Assembly: GCA_000165345.1 (NCBI GenBank)
Contig: CM000435.1
Coordinates: 768,001 to 832,000 of the forward strand
Length of the DNA stretch: 64,000 nt
Reading direction: 5' to 3'
The translations under genes were made by a program, and so were the position numbers. Under the pieces are notes generated by a model. The model saw only the letters and a program-made list of their open reading frames with translations, was not told the DNA's origin and searched no databases. Below, piece by piece: positions 21,828 through 31,375 of this stretch (position 1 is its first letter; every line of letters begins with the position of its first letter).

Positions 21828-23734
21828 AAAGAATTCATCTAATCTTCGTTTAACAAATTCGAACTTTAAGTAGTAATCTTCATAAATATCAACATTAGAA
21901 CTTCCTTTATAATTTAATGCTAAGTTTAAAACTTCATCACCAATTAAATCACCAAATTGGTATTCAAAGGCGGAATATTTTATGCTGCTTGCTTTGCTAA
22001 AAAAAATGTTTTTCTCTACATCAGAGTGACAAAATATGTACGGGATACAAAATTCTGAATGTTCGCATCCCCACTTCACTTTGCTATCTCCATCCATCAA
22101 TAACTTATTAAACAATAAGTTGATTTTTTTAAGGTCACCGTGCGAAATTTCCACCTTCTTTTTTTTAATTAAATTTAATGTAGAAATTAGATAAATAATT
22201 ATTAATGTTAAATGTTTAGAGATACTTAAGAAACTATTATTTTCAACCAAATTTAAATCTGCAATTTTTCCTTCCTTTTCCAATTCAAGTATTAATTGGC
22301 TAAACCACTTTTCAAAAACTGCCCTGCCCTTTTCATATCCAAGTAATGCTCTCCATCCATACAGAATTTCAAAAATTATGTCATCAATAAATGAGAATAT
22401 CATATTAGTTATTGCAGAAATATCATTAAATATCAACTCTGAAGGAAGCATTTTATTAAGTAACAACGTAATTGATTTCCTTAATATTGATAGATTTAAC
22501 GGGTTATCCAAGTTTTGTTTTAATGAATATCTAAGCCCTGTAGAGCAGAATTTTACTGATGATCCATTAGTTGGCTTTACTCCTTCGGAATGGTTTATTA
22601 GGGGTCTGTAAACAAATGGAACCTTAACTAATTTAACTACCGGCGAACCGCATGCCACTCTAAGATCATTAATCTTCGCTGCGTTATTATAAGATTCTGG
22701 TGTTGCAATCAATGCATCAAATTCGAAAATATCTGCGCCACCAACGATGCTTGAAATTCTTAATATGGCAACAGAAATATCAGGAGATAAAGAAAAGATA
22801 AATGAGTGAACATTTGCGCTTCTAAAGGAAAAATCCTAAATGAAATCAATGAATTACTAAAAACGGTAAAAGAACTTACTTGAATGATATCTTTATCACT
22901 TTTATTAGCATTAAACAACTTATCAGTAATACCAATTATTACTAATTCTTTAGCATACCAAGTTGCAACTGTAATATTTACTTTATGCCCAGGGTGTAGT
23001 CTGTCAAATGTTCCCGCAAATAGTGTACGATTAATAGGGCTATCAAAGAAGTTATCATTTACATTTTCTAGAACTGTATTAAGTTTATCTTTCCATAGCG
23101 GAATCGATGGACTCTCCGAAACTTCAAAAGTTTGGAACCCATGTGAAACTAGGTGGGCAGTGTATTTTTTACAAATAATTGAATTTATATCTGTATTTTC
23201 AGAGTTGAAGTTTATATAATACATATTTTTTCGGCAAATACAAGAAAATATATTATTAATTATATTTGCGCATTGCACCAAGTTGCCATGCTTCTCACAA
23301 AACTTATATGAGTTAGACCAGAATAAAGTTTGATCACTCAATCCCATAGTTTTATATATGTGGCTCAGACAATCATTCTTAACAGGGATAAATCTTATAT
23401 CAAATGTTGGCATTTTATTTAATGTTTCAATTATATCAAGAGCTATTTCATATGCTTTAACAATACTGTTTACATGTTTATAAGTTAAATTTACAAACGA
23501 TGAACGTTGGGAATTACAATCCGCTTCAGAAGGTTTTATAAATGATTTATTGATTTCATGAGAATATTCATCACTTTGTGGAAGTACAGAATAGTATATG
23601 AAAAGTGAATGGCTAGTATGAAATATACAAGAATAAAGTAGCTTAAATAGCGTATGCCTTGCACTATCAGATATATTGACATCAGTCCACCACTGTGGAT
23701 CTAAAATTAAAAACCCACTCTCTATTTCTGACAT
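21816..23734 (-). CDS. phosphopantetheine adenylyltransferase (COASY-type PPAT domain) protein; two exons (23734..22880 and 22835..21816) split by a 44-nt intron at 22836..22879
   Basis: Exon 1 ends …GTFDRLHPGHKVNI…IIGITDKLFNANKSDKDIIQ, containing the HxGH nucleotidyltransferase motif, immediately followed by GTAAGT. The acceptor TTTCATTTAG restores the frame into DFSFRSANVHSF…GGADIFEFDALIATPESYNNAAKINDLR, which aligns with the COASY PPAT segment (…LLQPYTERVEHLSEF…[22 protein letters not shown]). The result fuses track ORFs 22760..23734 and 21816..22712. No DPCK P-loop is present. Confidence 0.65.
22836..22879 (-). other. 44-nt spliceosomal intron of the PPAT-like gene
   Basis: Donor GTAAGT, read on the minus strand, falls exactly after codon CAA (Q). 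The acceptor TTTAG is in phase 0. The unspliced reading frame ends in nonsense hydrophobic residues (…FRIFPLEAQMFTHLSFLYLLIFLLPY*). Confidence 0.65.
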
Positions 23735-23913
23735 CTAATTAGCTCATATTTATTGTTTAATTAACAATTCGGAGTTCGCAAAGTTCATTGTTTAATTTAT
23801 TTAGCCGCGTTCAATTAGCCGCAATAAGAATCTGTTTTGTCTCTATTGTCAGTTAGTGACAAAATTATCCAAAATATTATATTTAGAATCAATATCGATT
23901 CTTTTTCTTTGAT

Positions 23914-24666
23914 ATGGATAGGTTTAAGTTGAGCAACCCTATAAAAGCTCAGAAGCATTTAGAAGATGCTGTAAATGCATTGAAAGAACTTGTTAAAATA
24001 AAAAAATGCCCAGAGGATTTATTATTCAATAAGAATTCGCAATTTATTACTTTGATCATTTCTTTATCTAATACTCCAGAATTTGTTAAAAGTAAACATG
24101 TAAGAATAAAAATCCCAAATTCTTTGTATAAACATCCGGGAAATGAAGTTTGCTTATTTGTCAAAGACCCACAGAGAAAATGGAAGGAACTGATAAGCTC
24201 TTCTTCAATTGAACCAAAAGTCGTTTCAAAGGTTATTGGCGTTAGTAAGCTCTCTAAAAAATATAGTACATATAAGGACAGGCGAGAACTTTGCTCAGGA
24301 TATGATCTATTTTTATCAGACGACCGTATAATCGAAAAGATGCCTAAGTTGTTAGGATCATACTTTATTAAAGCAAATAAGATGCCGATAGCAATAAAGA
24401 TTAGGGAATCCAATTTCAAGAATTCACTAGAGTCTGCGCTATCCTCAACTTTTATGAGTATTAAGAAAGGTAAATGCATTGGAATTCGCGTTGCAAGAGT
24501 CGACATGAATACTAAACAAGTCGTTCAAAATTTAATTGAAGCAATAAAACAGGTGTCAGATTTTTTTGAAGGCAACGGAAGTAAGAATTGGAGAAATAGT
24601 ATAGAAAGCTTATATATACAGTCTACAAACACAATGTCCCTACCTATATGGTTCAAGGAGAAGTAA
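23914..24666 (+). CDS. ribosomal L1 domain-containing protein (Cic1/RSL1D1-like)
   Basis: 250 aa with an L1p/L10e-like fold signature (…VRIKIPNSLYKHPGNEVCLFVKD…RELCSGYDLFLSDDRII…IGIRVARVDM…). Confidence 0.5.
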   Translation: MDRFKLSNPIKAQKHLEDAVNALKELVKIKKCPEDLLFNKNSQFITLIISLSNTPEFVKSKHVRIKIPNSLYKHPGNEVCLFVKDPQRKWKELISSSSIEPKVVSKVIGVSKLSKKYSTYKDRRELCSGYDLFLSDDRIIEKMPKLLGSYFIKANKMPIAIKIRESNFKNSLESALSSTFMSIKKGKCIGIRVARVDMNTKQVVQNLIEAIKQVSDFFEGNGSKNWRNSIESLYIQSTNTMSLPIWFKEK

Positions 24667-24774
24667 TAGACTTTTAACATTTTTTATTAAATCTACCAAA
24701 TTATGTTGGGGTACCATCGAATTAATAAACAATTAAAATCATCTTGAACAGAATAAATTTTAATAAACATTCGA

Positions 24775-25581
24775 TTAAATTGATTCTTCACTTGATTCTT
24801 CCAGGAAATGGCTTGTCATCTGCTTTTTTCTTGACTCTGTCGTACAGATCGTCCTTTTCTGTTGAATCTTTATAGATGAGATAGTGTTCAGTTCGTCTAT
24901 TCTTTTCCTTGACTCAACCTCATGTATGTTGATCTCCTCTAATGTCGTTGGCATCATGGCTCTGGAACGAGAGTCTCTAAGTAGTTTACTTTTTTCAATT
25001 GTTCTAGGTCTGACTGTTAACTTGTTGTCCACTCTTTCTATGCAGACCTTATACTTTTTGTCGAAGGTATCATCAAAAATAAATGCTTTATCGGGTCCAA
25101 TCACGCAATCATATACTAATTCGTCATTGATAAATAGCGAGTAAGTGCCGTCACTCCAAGAAACTAGTTTGGAGTTAGAGTAGGAATCTCCTTCACCTTT
25201 AATACCGCCTTTGATACATAAACCACTTTCAGTTGTATTATCAACATTTGTTTTATTTACAACTTTAAGACGTTCCGGAAGTTTTAATGTTAATAAAACT
25301 TGATCTTTGTTGTCAATCCCGAAATAATTTGTAGGCAGTTGTAACTTTAAATTTTTAATATCTTCAAAGTTGTTAATTCTATCGCAGTTAATATTATCAT
25401 TTATACTAGTATGAGTTTTTGCATCGTCTTTTTCAATCATAAAACAATGTCCATCATTATGAACCTGGTCAGGAGTTGAGTCACTCTCGCCAAAAAGATC
25501 AGAATCACTTTCATCTATGTTTGAATCATGTATGGCTTCACTTGGAGAATCTTTATGATTATCAAAATGGCCAAGCATCAT
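24775..25581 (-). CDS. LEO1: LEO1 (Paf1 complex subunit)
   Basis: The track start is TTG (25620); the first ATG ATG is at 25581. The Leo1 core (SNSKLVSWSDGTYSLFINDELVYDCVIGPDKAFIFDD…KVCIERVDNKLTVRPRT) matches human LEO1 ([28 protein letters not shown]…FIRQG…KTKLTFRPHS). Confidence 0.65.
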   Translation of the reverse strand: MMLGHFDNHKDSPSEAIHDSNIDESDSDLFGESDSTPDQVHNDGHCFMIEKDDAKTHTSINDNINCDRINNFEDIKNLKLQLPTNYFGIDNKDQVLLTLKLPERLKVVNKTNVDNTTESGLCIKGGIKGEGDSYSNSKLVSWSDGTYSLFINDELVYDCVIGPDKAFIFDDTFDKKYKVCIERVDNKLTVRPRTIEKSKLLRDSRSRAMMPTTLEEINIHEVESRKRIDELNTISSIKIQQKRTICTTESRKKQMTSHFLEESSEESI

Positions 25582-25623
25582 AAATTCAATAAATGCCAGA
25601 TTTTGCCTATGTGCGCGCAAAAA

Positions 25624-27994
25624 CTAAGGCTTATTTTTATAAAAATTTCTAAGCTTCAAAATCACATTAGTCTCAAAATTCCAATCAATTAATTGTTCAT
25701 TAGGAATATTCTCAGCTATCCATTTTGGTAGCATTTGCTTTACTTCAGAAGAATTATATCGATGATCAACCAACAAAATAGATGAATAATCATTTCTATG
25801 TCTTATTGCGCGACCAATACATTGGTTGACTGTTTTCATACACAATACTTTTCTATAAATGTTTTCATACCTATTATAATCGCAACTACCTCTGTTAAAG
25901 TACCTCTCCTTACTAAAAAGCATTTCAGTCTTTTGTGGAAATGGGAGCGAAACTATTATAAGGCATCTACAAAGTTCATCTGAAAAATTTACTCCCTCCG
26001 AAAGAGTTCCATTTAAAACAGCAAAAAGTATTGCTCCGTATTCCTTGTTATTTACAATATGGTCTCTATATGACATAAGTAATTCCTTTCCACTATTTGA
26101 ATCCTGTTTTTTTTCCTTGAAAATTTTTTTGTATTTTAATATTGTTTGGTAAAAGTCCTTAGAACTTTTATCCGAAACAAGGAACTTGAAAAAGACATCG
26201 AGGAATAAGTGGGATGTGAAGAAAACGCATACCCCGTTAGGTATTTCTGAGGAAAGTACTGATAATAGCTCGCAAAGATTTAATAGCTGTTTTATGTCGG
26301 TTCGAAATTCGTATCTTAGATCAATTACACTATTATCAATAAACTTTGGAATGATCAAACACATTAAGTTATTATTTGAAATATGGTGACTCGCAGAGAA
26401 CTTTACAATATTCATAGGCTCTAACGGTAATAATAATGGACTAAACTCTGTCAAAGGTTCCAATGTTCCTCCAACAAGCATAGTAGATTTTGTGTTGGCA
26501 AATACATCATTAAAACTTGTTTGCACATTAATAGGAACAACTGTAATAGTAGCCTGTTTGCCATCTGAATGGTTAAAGCTTGTTTCAATAATAACTTTGT
26601 CAAATTCTTTATCAGAACGAATTAAAGCAACAATAAAATCCTTTAACAAAAACAAAGAGTTTGAATGTGAAATTATTTCCTCAAACTTTCTGAATTTAAT
26701 TGGGAAATCTCTTCCAAATTTAATAATAATATTTTTAATTTTACTACACAATTCATTTTCAACAATAAAATTAATAATTTTGTTCAAATTAAATGTATTG
26801 ATTTGGTAAAAATTTAAGAATTCTAGTGGTCCAAGAAAGATTTGATTACTTTTCACTTCGTTTTCACCATATTTGCGCTTTTTTGAACTGATTATTTTAC
26901 TTGTAGATGAATGTATACACTTGACTAGCCTAGCTAGCTGTTTAAAAGTTGCAACGAAATTATCTCCAGGAACAGAATTATCTAATGAAATTAGTTTTTC
27001 AAATGAATAACTCAGTATTTGGCAAGAAAGTAAAGTAAGGCTGACTCTATTATTTGATTCTAATGCGTTAACTAAATTATGCGCTTCATCAATAAAGCAA
27101 AGGGTTTTTTTCTTGTCAAGAAAGATTCCAAATGATTCTCGAGTAGTTTTGTTGAAAATAATACTGTAAGGTGCAAGAATTATGTCTGAATACTTACTTG
27201 CTTCTTTAGCTGCGTAATACGGACATGCCTATAAACAATATTTAGTATGAAAATAATTTAAATAAACTTACAATTAAATTTTTACCTTCTTTACGTAATT
27301 CTTCAATGTTCATTGGCTCAATTAAACACTTTTTCGCAAGTTCCATGTAGTTTTCTTTATAGAGGCATTTATTTTCTTTTTTTTCTTCGCTGGAATACAT
27401 TTTACAAACTTCATTAATAAGATGGTTTGGATAGTTTTTTACTTCATTATTTAAACAAAGATGTGACCTGCTTGCAAGCGATACAATTGAATAAATGTTA
27501 GAAATGTGAGTGTTATCTTTATTTGCCATTTTTATTTTGTTAAACTCCTCAACGAATTGCATTAATTGCGTATGAGTTCTACTAGAGATGATTATCTGAT
27601 AGTAACTAGAAAAAAAATCTAAGTTTTCGCTAGATATTAATTCTTTTACATTTTTTTTTGTCGAAGTTAAAATATCTTTGTTGATAGATTTTAAAAAATT
27701 AATTTTTTCATTAATGTATTGCTCGCATGAATTTTCTCTACTTTTCCTGATTGCATTAGCGACCCATAAAGGCATTGGCTTGCTTTCTCGGGCAAAAGAT
27801 ACTGGGCCATAAATTTGTTGGCTTATCCAACTCAGTGATGAGCATAAAATACTTAAAGTTTTACCTGTGCCCGTTGGAGATTCAAAAATTCCAATTCCAC
27901 CATCTATTTCATATAGCTTCCAAGCAGCTGAACAAAATTCGGATTGTATTTCATATGGTTCATTCGGGAATCCAAATCTTTTTGAATAACACAT
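25624..27994 (-). CDS. DDX11/Chl1-type DEAH-box (Rad3/XPD family) DNA helicase; two exons (27994..27272 and 27228..25624) split by a 43-nt intron at 27229..27271
   Basis: N-terminus FPNEPYEIQ…GIGIFESPTGTGKTLSIL is the Rad3-family motif I. Exon 1 ends …ELRKEGKNLI|GTAAGT. Exon 2 begins ACPYYAAKEA… and continues LCFIDEAHNLVNA (the DEAH box). The C-terminal helicase domain carries QCIGRAIRHRNDYSSILLVD. Confidence 0.75.
27229..27271 (-). other. 43-nt spliceosomal intron of the DDX11-like helicase gene
   Basis: Donor GTAAGT and acceptor TTGTTTATAG. The splice joins …GKNLI to ACPYY…, recreating the conserved CPYY motif of Rad3-family helicases. Confidence 0.7.
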
Positions 27995-29217
27995 TGTAAA
28001 TACTTCTGTACCACTTTATCTTAATGAGTGTGGTCAACTAGTATTTAAGTAGGCCATTTCCAGTACTTTAGTAACAAATTTCTGTATTATGAGTTATTCT
28101 CCTAAGTGAAAATAAATTAAAATGATTTAAAAATATATAAAACACCCATAATATTTGTAGTAATAAATTATTTATGTTAAAAAATATACTGTTAGTAAAA
28201 CTTATTTTAAATTTACCCGTTTTTCTCATGCAATGCCTGAGTAAACTTTTTAATAAGCTAAGCAGCGCTTAAATATGAAATATTAGAATTACCTAATTAT
28301 TTATCAATATTTTAATTAAAGATATTCACCACTTTTTGGTTTGGTCTTATATAATTACTTTTATTTCAAATTGGTTGAAAAAATTTGTCAAGCCAAAAAA
28401 AAATTGTTAATGAACCGTAAATCATCTGAAAGAAATCATTTTAAATTATTTGCATTTATAAGAGCTTAATATATTAATCAATTCATCATTAAGTTTTGTT
28501 TCTTAGTAACATGCTTTAATTTATATTTTTCAGAATATTAAAGGATAAAAAATGGTTTTAATTAAAATTAAATAGACCTAGCTGTTGTATAAATCATTTG
28601 GATTGAACAACATTAAAATGGTTTTTGTTAATTCCTAATCAAAAGAATAACTTTTATTAGTAATTTTCATTGAATAGATTGATACTATATTTTTTAAATT
28701 ATAGTGTATCTGAAAATAATATTGCATTAATTTCAAATTCTCTGAGTTTGCGATGAGAAACAATAGTAGTACCCGAATAAGTTCTCTTTTTTTTCTTAAT
28801 TAAAATATTTCAATTTAAACATTAATTTTTAATAACTTGTTATAAATATTTTTAAAGATTACAACATTTTGTGATTTTCAGAGTTAAAAAACTCATCCCA
28901 GATAAATATGACGAAATAGCTTGGGGACTTGACTTGAAAAAAATTAATATCTTTAAGATGTTCTAAATCTAACTCCCAACAAAATCCCAATTAGAACAAA
29001 TTTGAAATGGAATTTCTAATCAATTAACACCAAGATCAATTAGAATGTGTTACTATAATTGAATATTTTAGGATCAACAGAATCGGACAATAAATTTAAA
29101 AAAAAAAATGAAGTTACTCTATTTTTGTATTACTCAACTAATTTCTAAGATATATGAATTGTTATCTAACGAGTGCTAATAAAGCATTTTGAATACAATT
29201 ATTAAAACACAAATATT

Positions 29218-29591
29218 TTATGGGCTACAATATGGGTTCTCTATTACTTCACTTCCGTCACTTGGACAAATCATTAAAACCTAGAAAAAATTTTATTGAA
29301 AAAAAAATTAAATTCAAACTTACAGAAGCACCCCTTATTACCAATAGACCCAACCTCCGTTTTTGATCTGGGCACGAAAGAAATTCATCTTTATCTATTC
29401 GAACTAATAACTGATTAAACAAATAATATTAGTAACCTACCAAACATATATTCAACTGTTTCATCCAAAACAAGGTTCGTAACCGCATCAAATCCACGTA
29501 ATATTCCAATAACTTCTCTTCCGCCACATAATTTTACTTTTATTTCTTTGTTATTAAACTTGTTCAACCCTAATATTGATTTTGATGACAT
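29218..29591 (-). CDS. LSM7: LSm7 (U6 snRNA-associated Sm-like protein); three exons (29591..29441, 29394..29324, 29280..29218)
   Basis: Exon 1: [50 protein letters not shown] (Sm1 motif). Exon 2: [24 protein letters not shown] (Sm2 motif RxLGLVVxRG). Exon 3: [20 protein letters not shown], matching the human LSm7 C-terminus …SVVLICPQDGMEAIPNPF. Introns are 29395..29440 (GTAGGT…AATAG) and 29281..29323 (GTAAGT…TTCTAG). Only exon 1 appears in the ORF track, fused to nonsense. Confidence 0.75.
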
Positions 29592-29709
29592 TTCTATATT
29601 AAATGACAAATAATATTTAGCGAGCGGTACCAATTTTTATAATTTAATATGAAATGAATATTAAGTTTCCAGGTTTTGAAGTTTGTATCTGAATTGCTTG
29701 GCAAGAAAA

Positions 29710-31194
29710 ATGGATTATTTAAATCTAAAACCTTATGAATTGTTTAGAGAAATAACTAAAGATCTGCTAAGAGGCGAAAACGTTAAATTTTACCTAGAGT
29801 CGAAAATAAGTCAAGAAATATTGTGTGATAAAAACCAATTTATGGAATTTGTAAACCAATATTATATAAACAAAAAAAGGGCTCAAAGAATTAATAAGAG
29901 ATGTGACTCTTTTAAAATTCCATTACTTATAGATTTGAATGGAGAAGTTGTAAAAATAGGATGGTCATTAGATTGGGATAAGAATTTAATTAACTTTAAC
30001 TCCGAGTCAGCATTTTTTTTAAATAACAAATATAAGTTTATTTATCTATATGTAGTATACGATCATTTTAAGGATGAAAATATAAAAATGAAATTAACTG
30101 CTGGTAGAAAGCTTCAAACTGAAAAACGTGATCCGCAATCAATTAATCTTAATTGCGGATATTATGAGACTAAAGGGACAAAAAGCTATATGGAAGACAG
30201 AACATTTTTGTCATTAGATGTTTTAAATGAAGAATCAACTCAAATTAAAAAGCCAATAGTTTCATTCTTTGGGATTTATGACGGTCATAATGGCGAATTT
30301 ACTGTTGACTATTTAAAAAGTCACCTTCACAAAAACTTTTCTCTTGCTTTTAACCAACTTAAATATGATGAAACAATTCAAAATACTATAAATGCATTGG
30401 TTGATTCATTTTATTTAACTGAAAACCAAATTAAAAAACATTATTTTAATTCTAATAGCGAGCAAATTATGAAAGAATTTGAAATTATGGATCATAAGCA
30501 GGGACTAAATATAAACTTAGAGTCTTCTTTCAAAGGACAAAGCATTAAATATATATCAAGTGGATCGACCGCAATTGTGTGTTGTATTACTTCGTCTACA
30601 ATATGCGTTGCTAATCTTGGCGATAGCCGAGCAATTCTTTGTAAATGCGGACGCGCATATTCGCTAACCAAGGACCACAGAATAAAAAGTAATTTAGAAG
30701 AAAGAGAAAGAGTAAAAAACGAAGGTGGAACATTTGATGATGAAGGGTATCTTTCTGGAAATCTTGCGGTTTCAAGAGCATTTGGGAATTGGGATATGTA
30801 CAGTGGAATGAAATTACAAGGTTTAAGTTCTACTCCTGAAATTTATGTTCATAATATCACCCGTGAAGATGAGTTTCTTTTAATTGCATGCGATGGAATA
30901 TTTGAATCGTTTATGGATCAAGAAGCAATAAGTCTTATTAGAAGAGCATTAGTTGAAAACAATGATCCAAATTTAGCTGCTGAAAAACTTGTCTCCGCAG
31001 CACTTCAAAGGCAGGCTCTGGATAATTTGTCAGCAATTGTTGTTGTACTTACTCCTCCAAACTACATGGCAATTGGGAATCATAATTTTTGCATTGATTC
31101 GAGTGCAGAATCTAAGAAAAAGACAAACTATGCTCATACTTCAAATAGGAAGATATATAATTTTTCCAAACTTAAGAATCTATTGCTAACGTAA
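29710..31194 (+). CDS. PP2C-family protein phosphatase
   Basis: The track start is TTG (29683); the first ATG is at 29710. PP2C motifs: FFGIYDGHNGEF, GSTAIVCCI, ANLGDSRAILC, ACDGIFESF. Confidence 0.8.
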   Translation: MDYLNLKPYELFREITKDLLRGENVKFYLESKISQEILCDKNQFMEFVNQYYINKKRAQRINKRCDSFKIPLLIDLNGEVVKIGWSLDWDKNLINFNSESAFFLNNKYKFIYLYVVYDHFKDENIKMKLTAGRKLQTEKRDPQSINLNCGYYETKGTKSYMEDRTFLSLDVLNEESTQIKKPIVSFFGIYDGHNGEFTVDYLKSHLHKNFSLAFNQLKYDETIQNTINALVDSFYLTENQIKKHYFNSNSEQIMKEFEIMDHKQGLNINLESSFKGQSIKYISSGSTAIVCCITSSTICVANLGDSRAILCKCGRAYSLTKDHRIKSNLEERERVKNEGGTFDDEGYLSGNLAVSRAFGNWDMYSGMKLQGLSSTPEIYVHNITREDEFLLIACDGIFESFMDQEAISLIRRALVENNDPNLAAEKLVSAALQRQALDNLSAIVVVLTPPNYMAIGNHNFCIDSSAESKKKTNYAHTSNRKIYNFSKLKNLLLT

Positions 31195-31375
31195 TTTGAA
31201 AATAATAATTAATTTTACTCTAATGATTGAATTTAACAAGAATTTAAGAAATGATCTTCACTAATAAGTTTTTTTTCTATTTTTCCGGAAAGTAAATTTT
31301 GTATATGCTGACTGTACAGTCGCAAACTACTTAATTCTTAAATAATATATGTTTAAATTAATACTTAAGGAATAT

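Noticed and set aside
3716-25144. Short ORFs antisense to or nested inside longer genes: 3716..3922(-), 6293..6487(-), 9337..9537(+), 9437..9736(-), 9791..10069(-), 10372..10596(+), 10851..11099(+), 12617..12886(+), 14047..14304(-), 17085..17324(+), 18296..18493(-), 21020..21202(-), 22378..22611(+), 22884..23219(+), 23949..24506(-), 24884..25144(+), and the similar ones beyond
   Set aside because: Each is wholly contained in a longer, domain-bearing ORF on the opposite strand or in another frame. They have biased low-complexity composition and no motif. I treat them as frame noise.}},{
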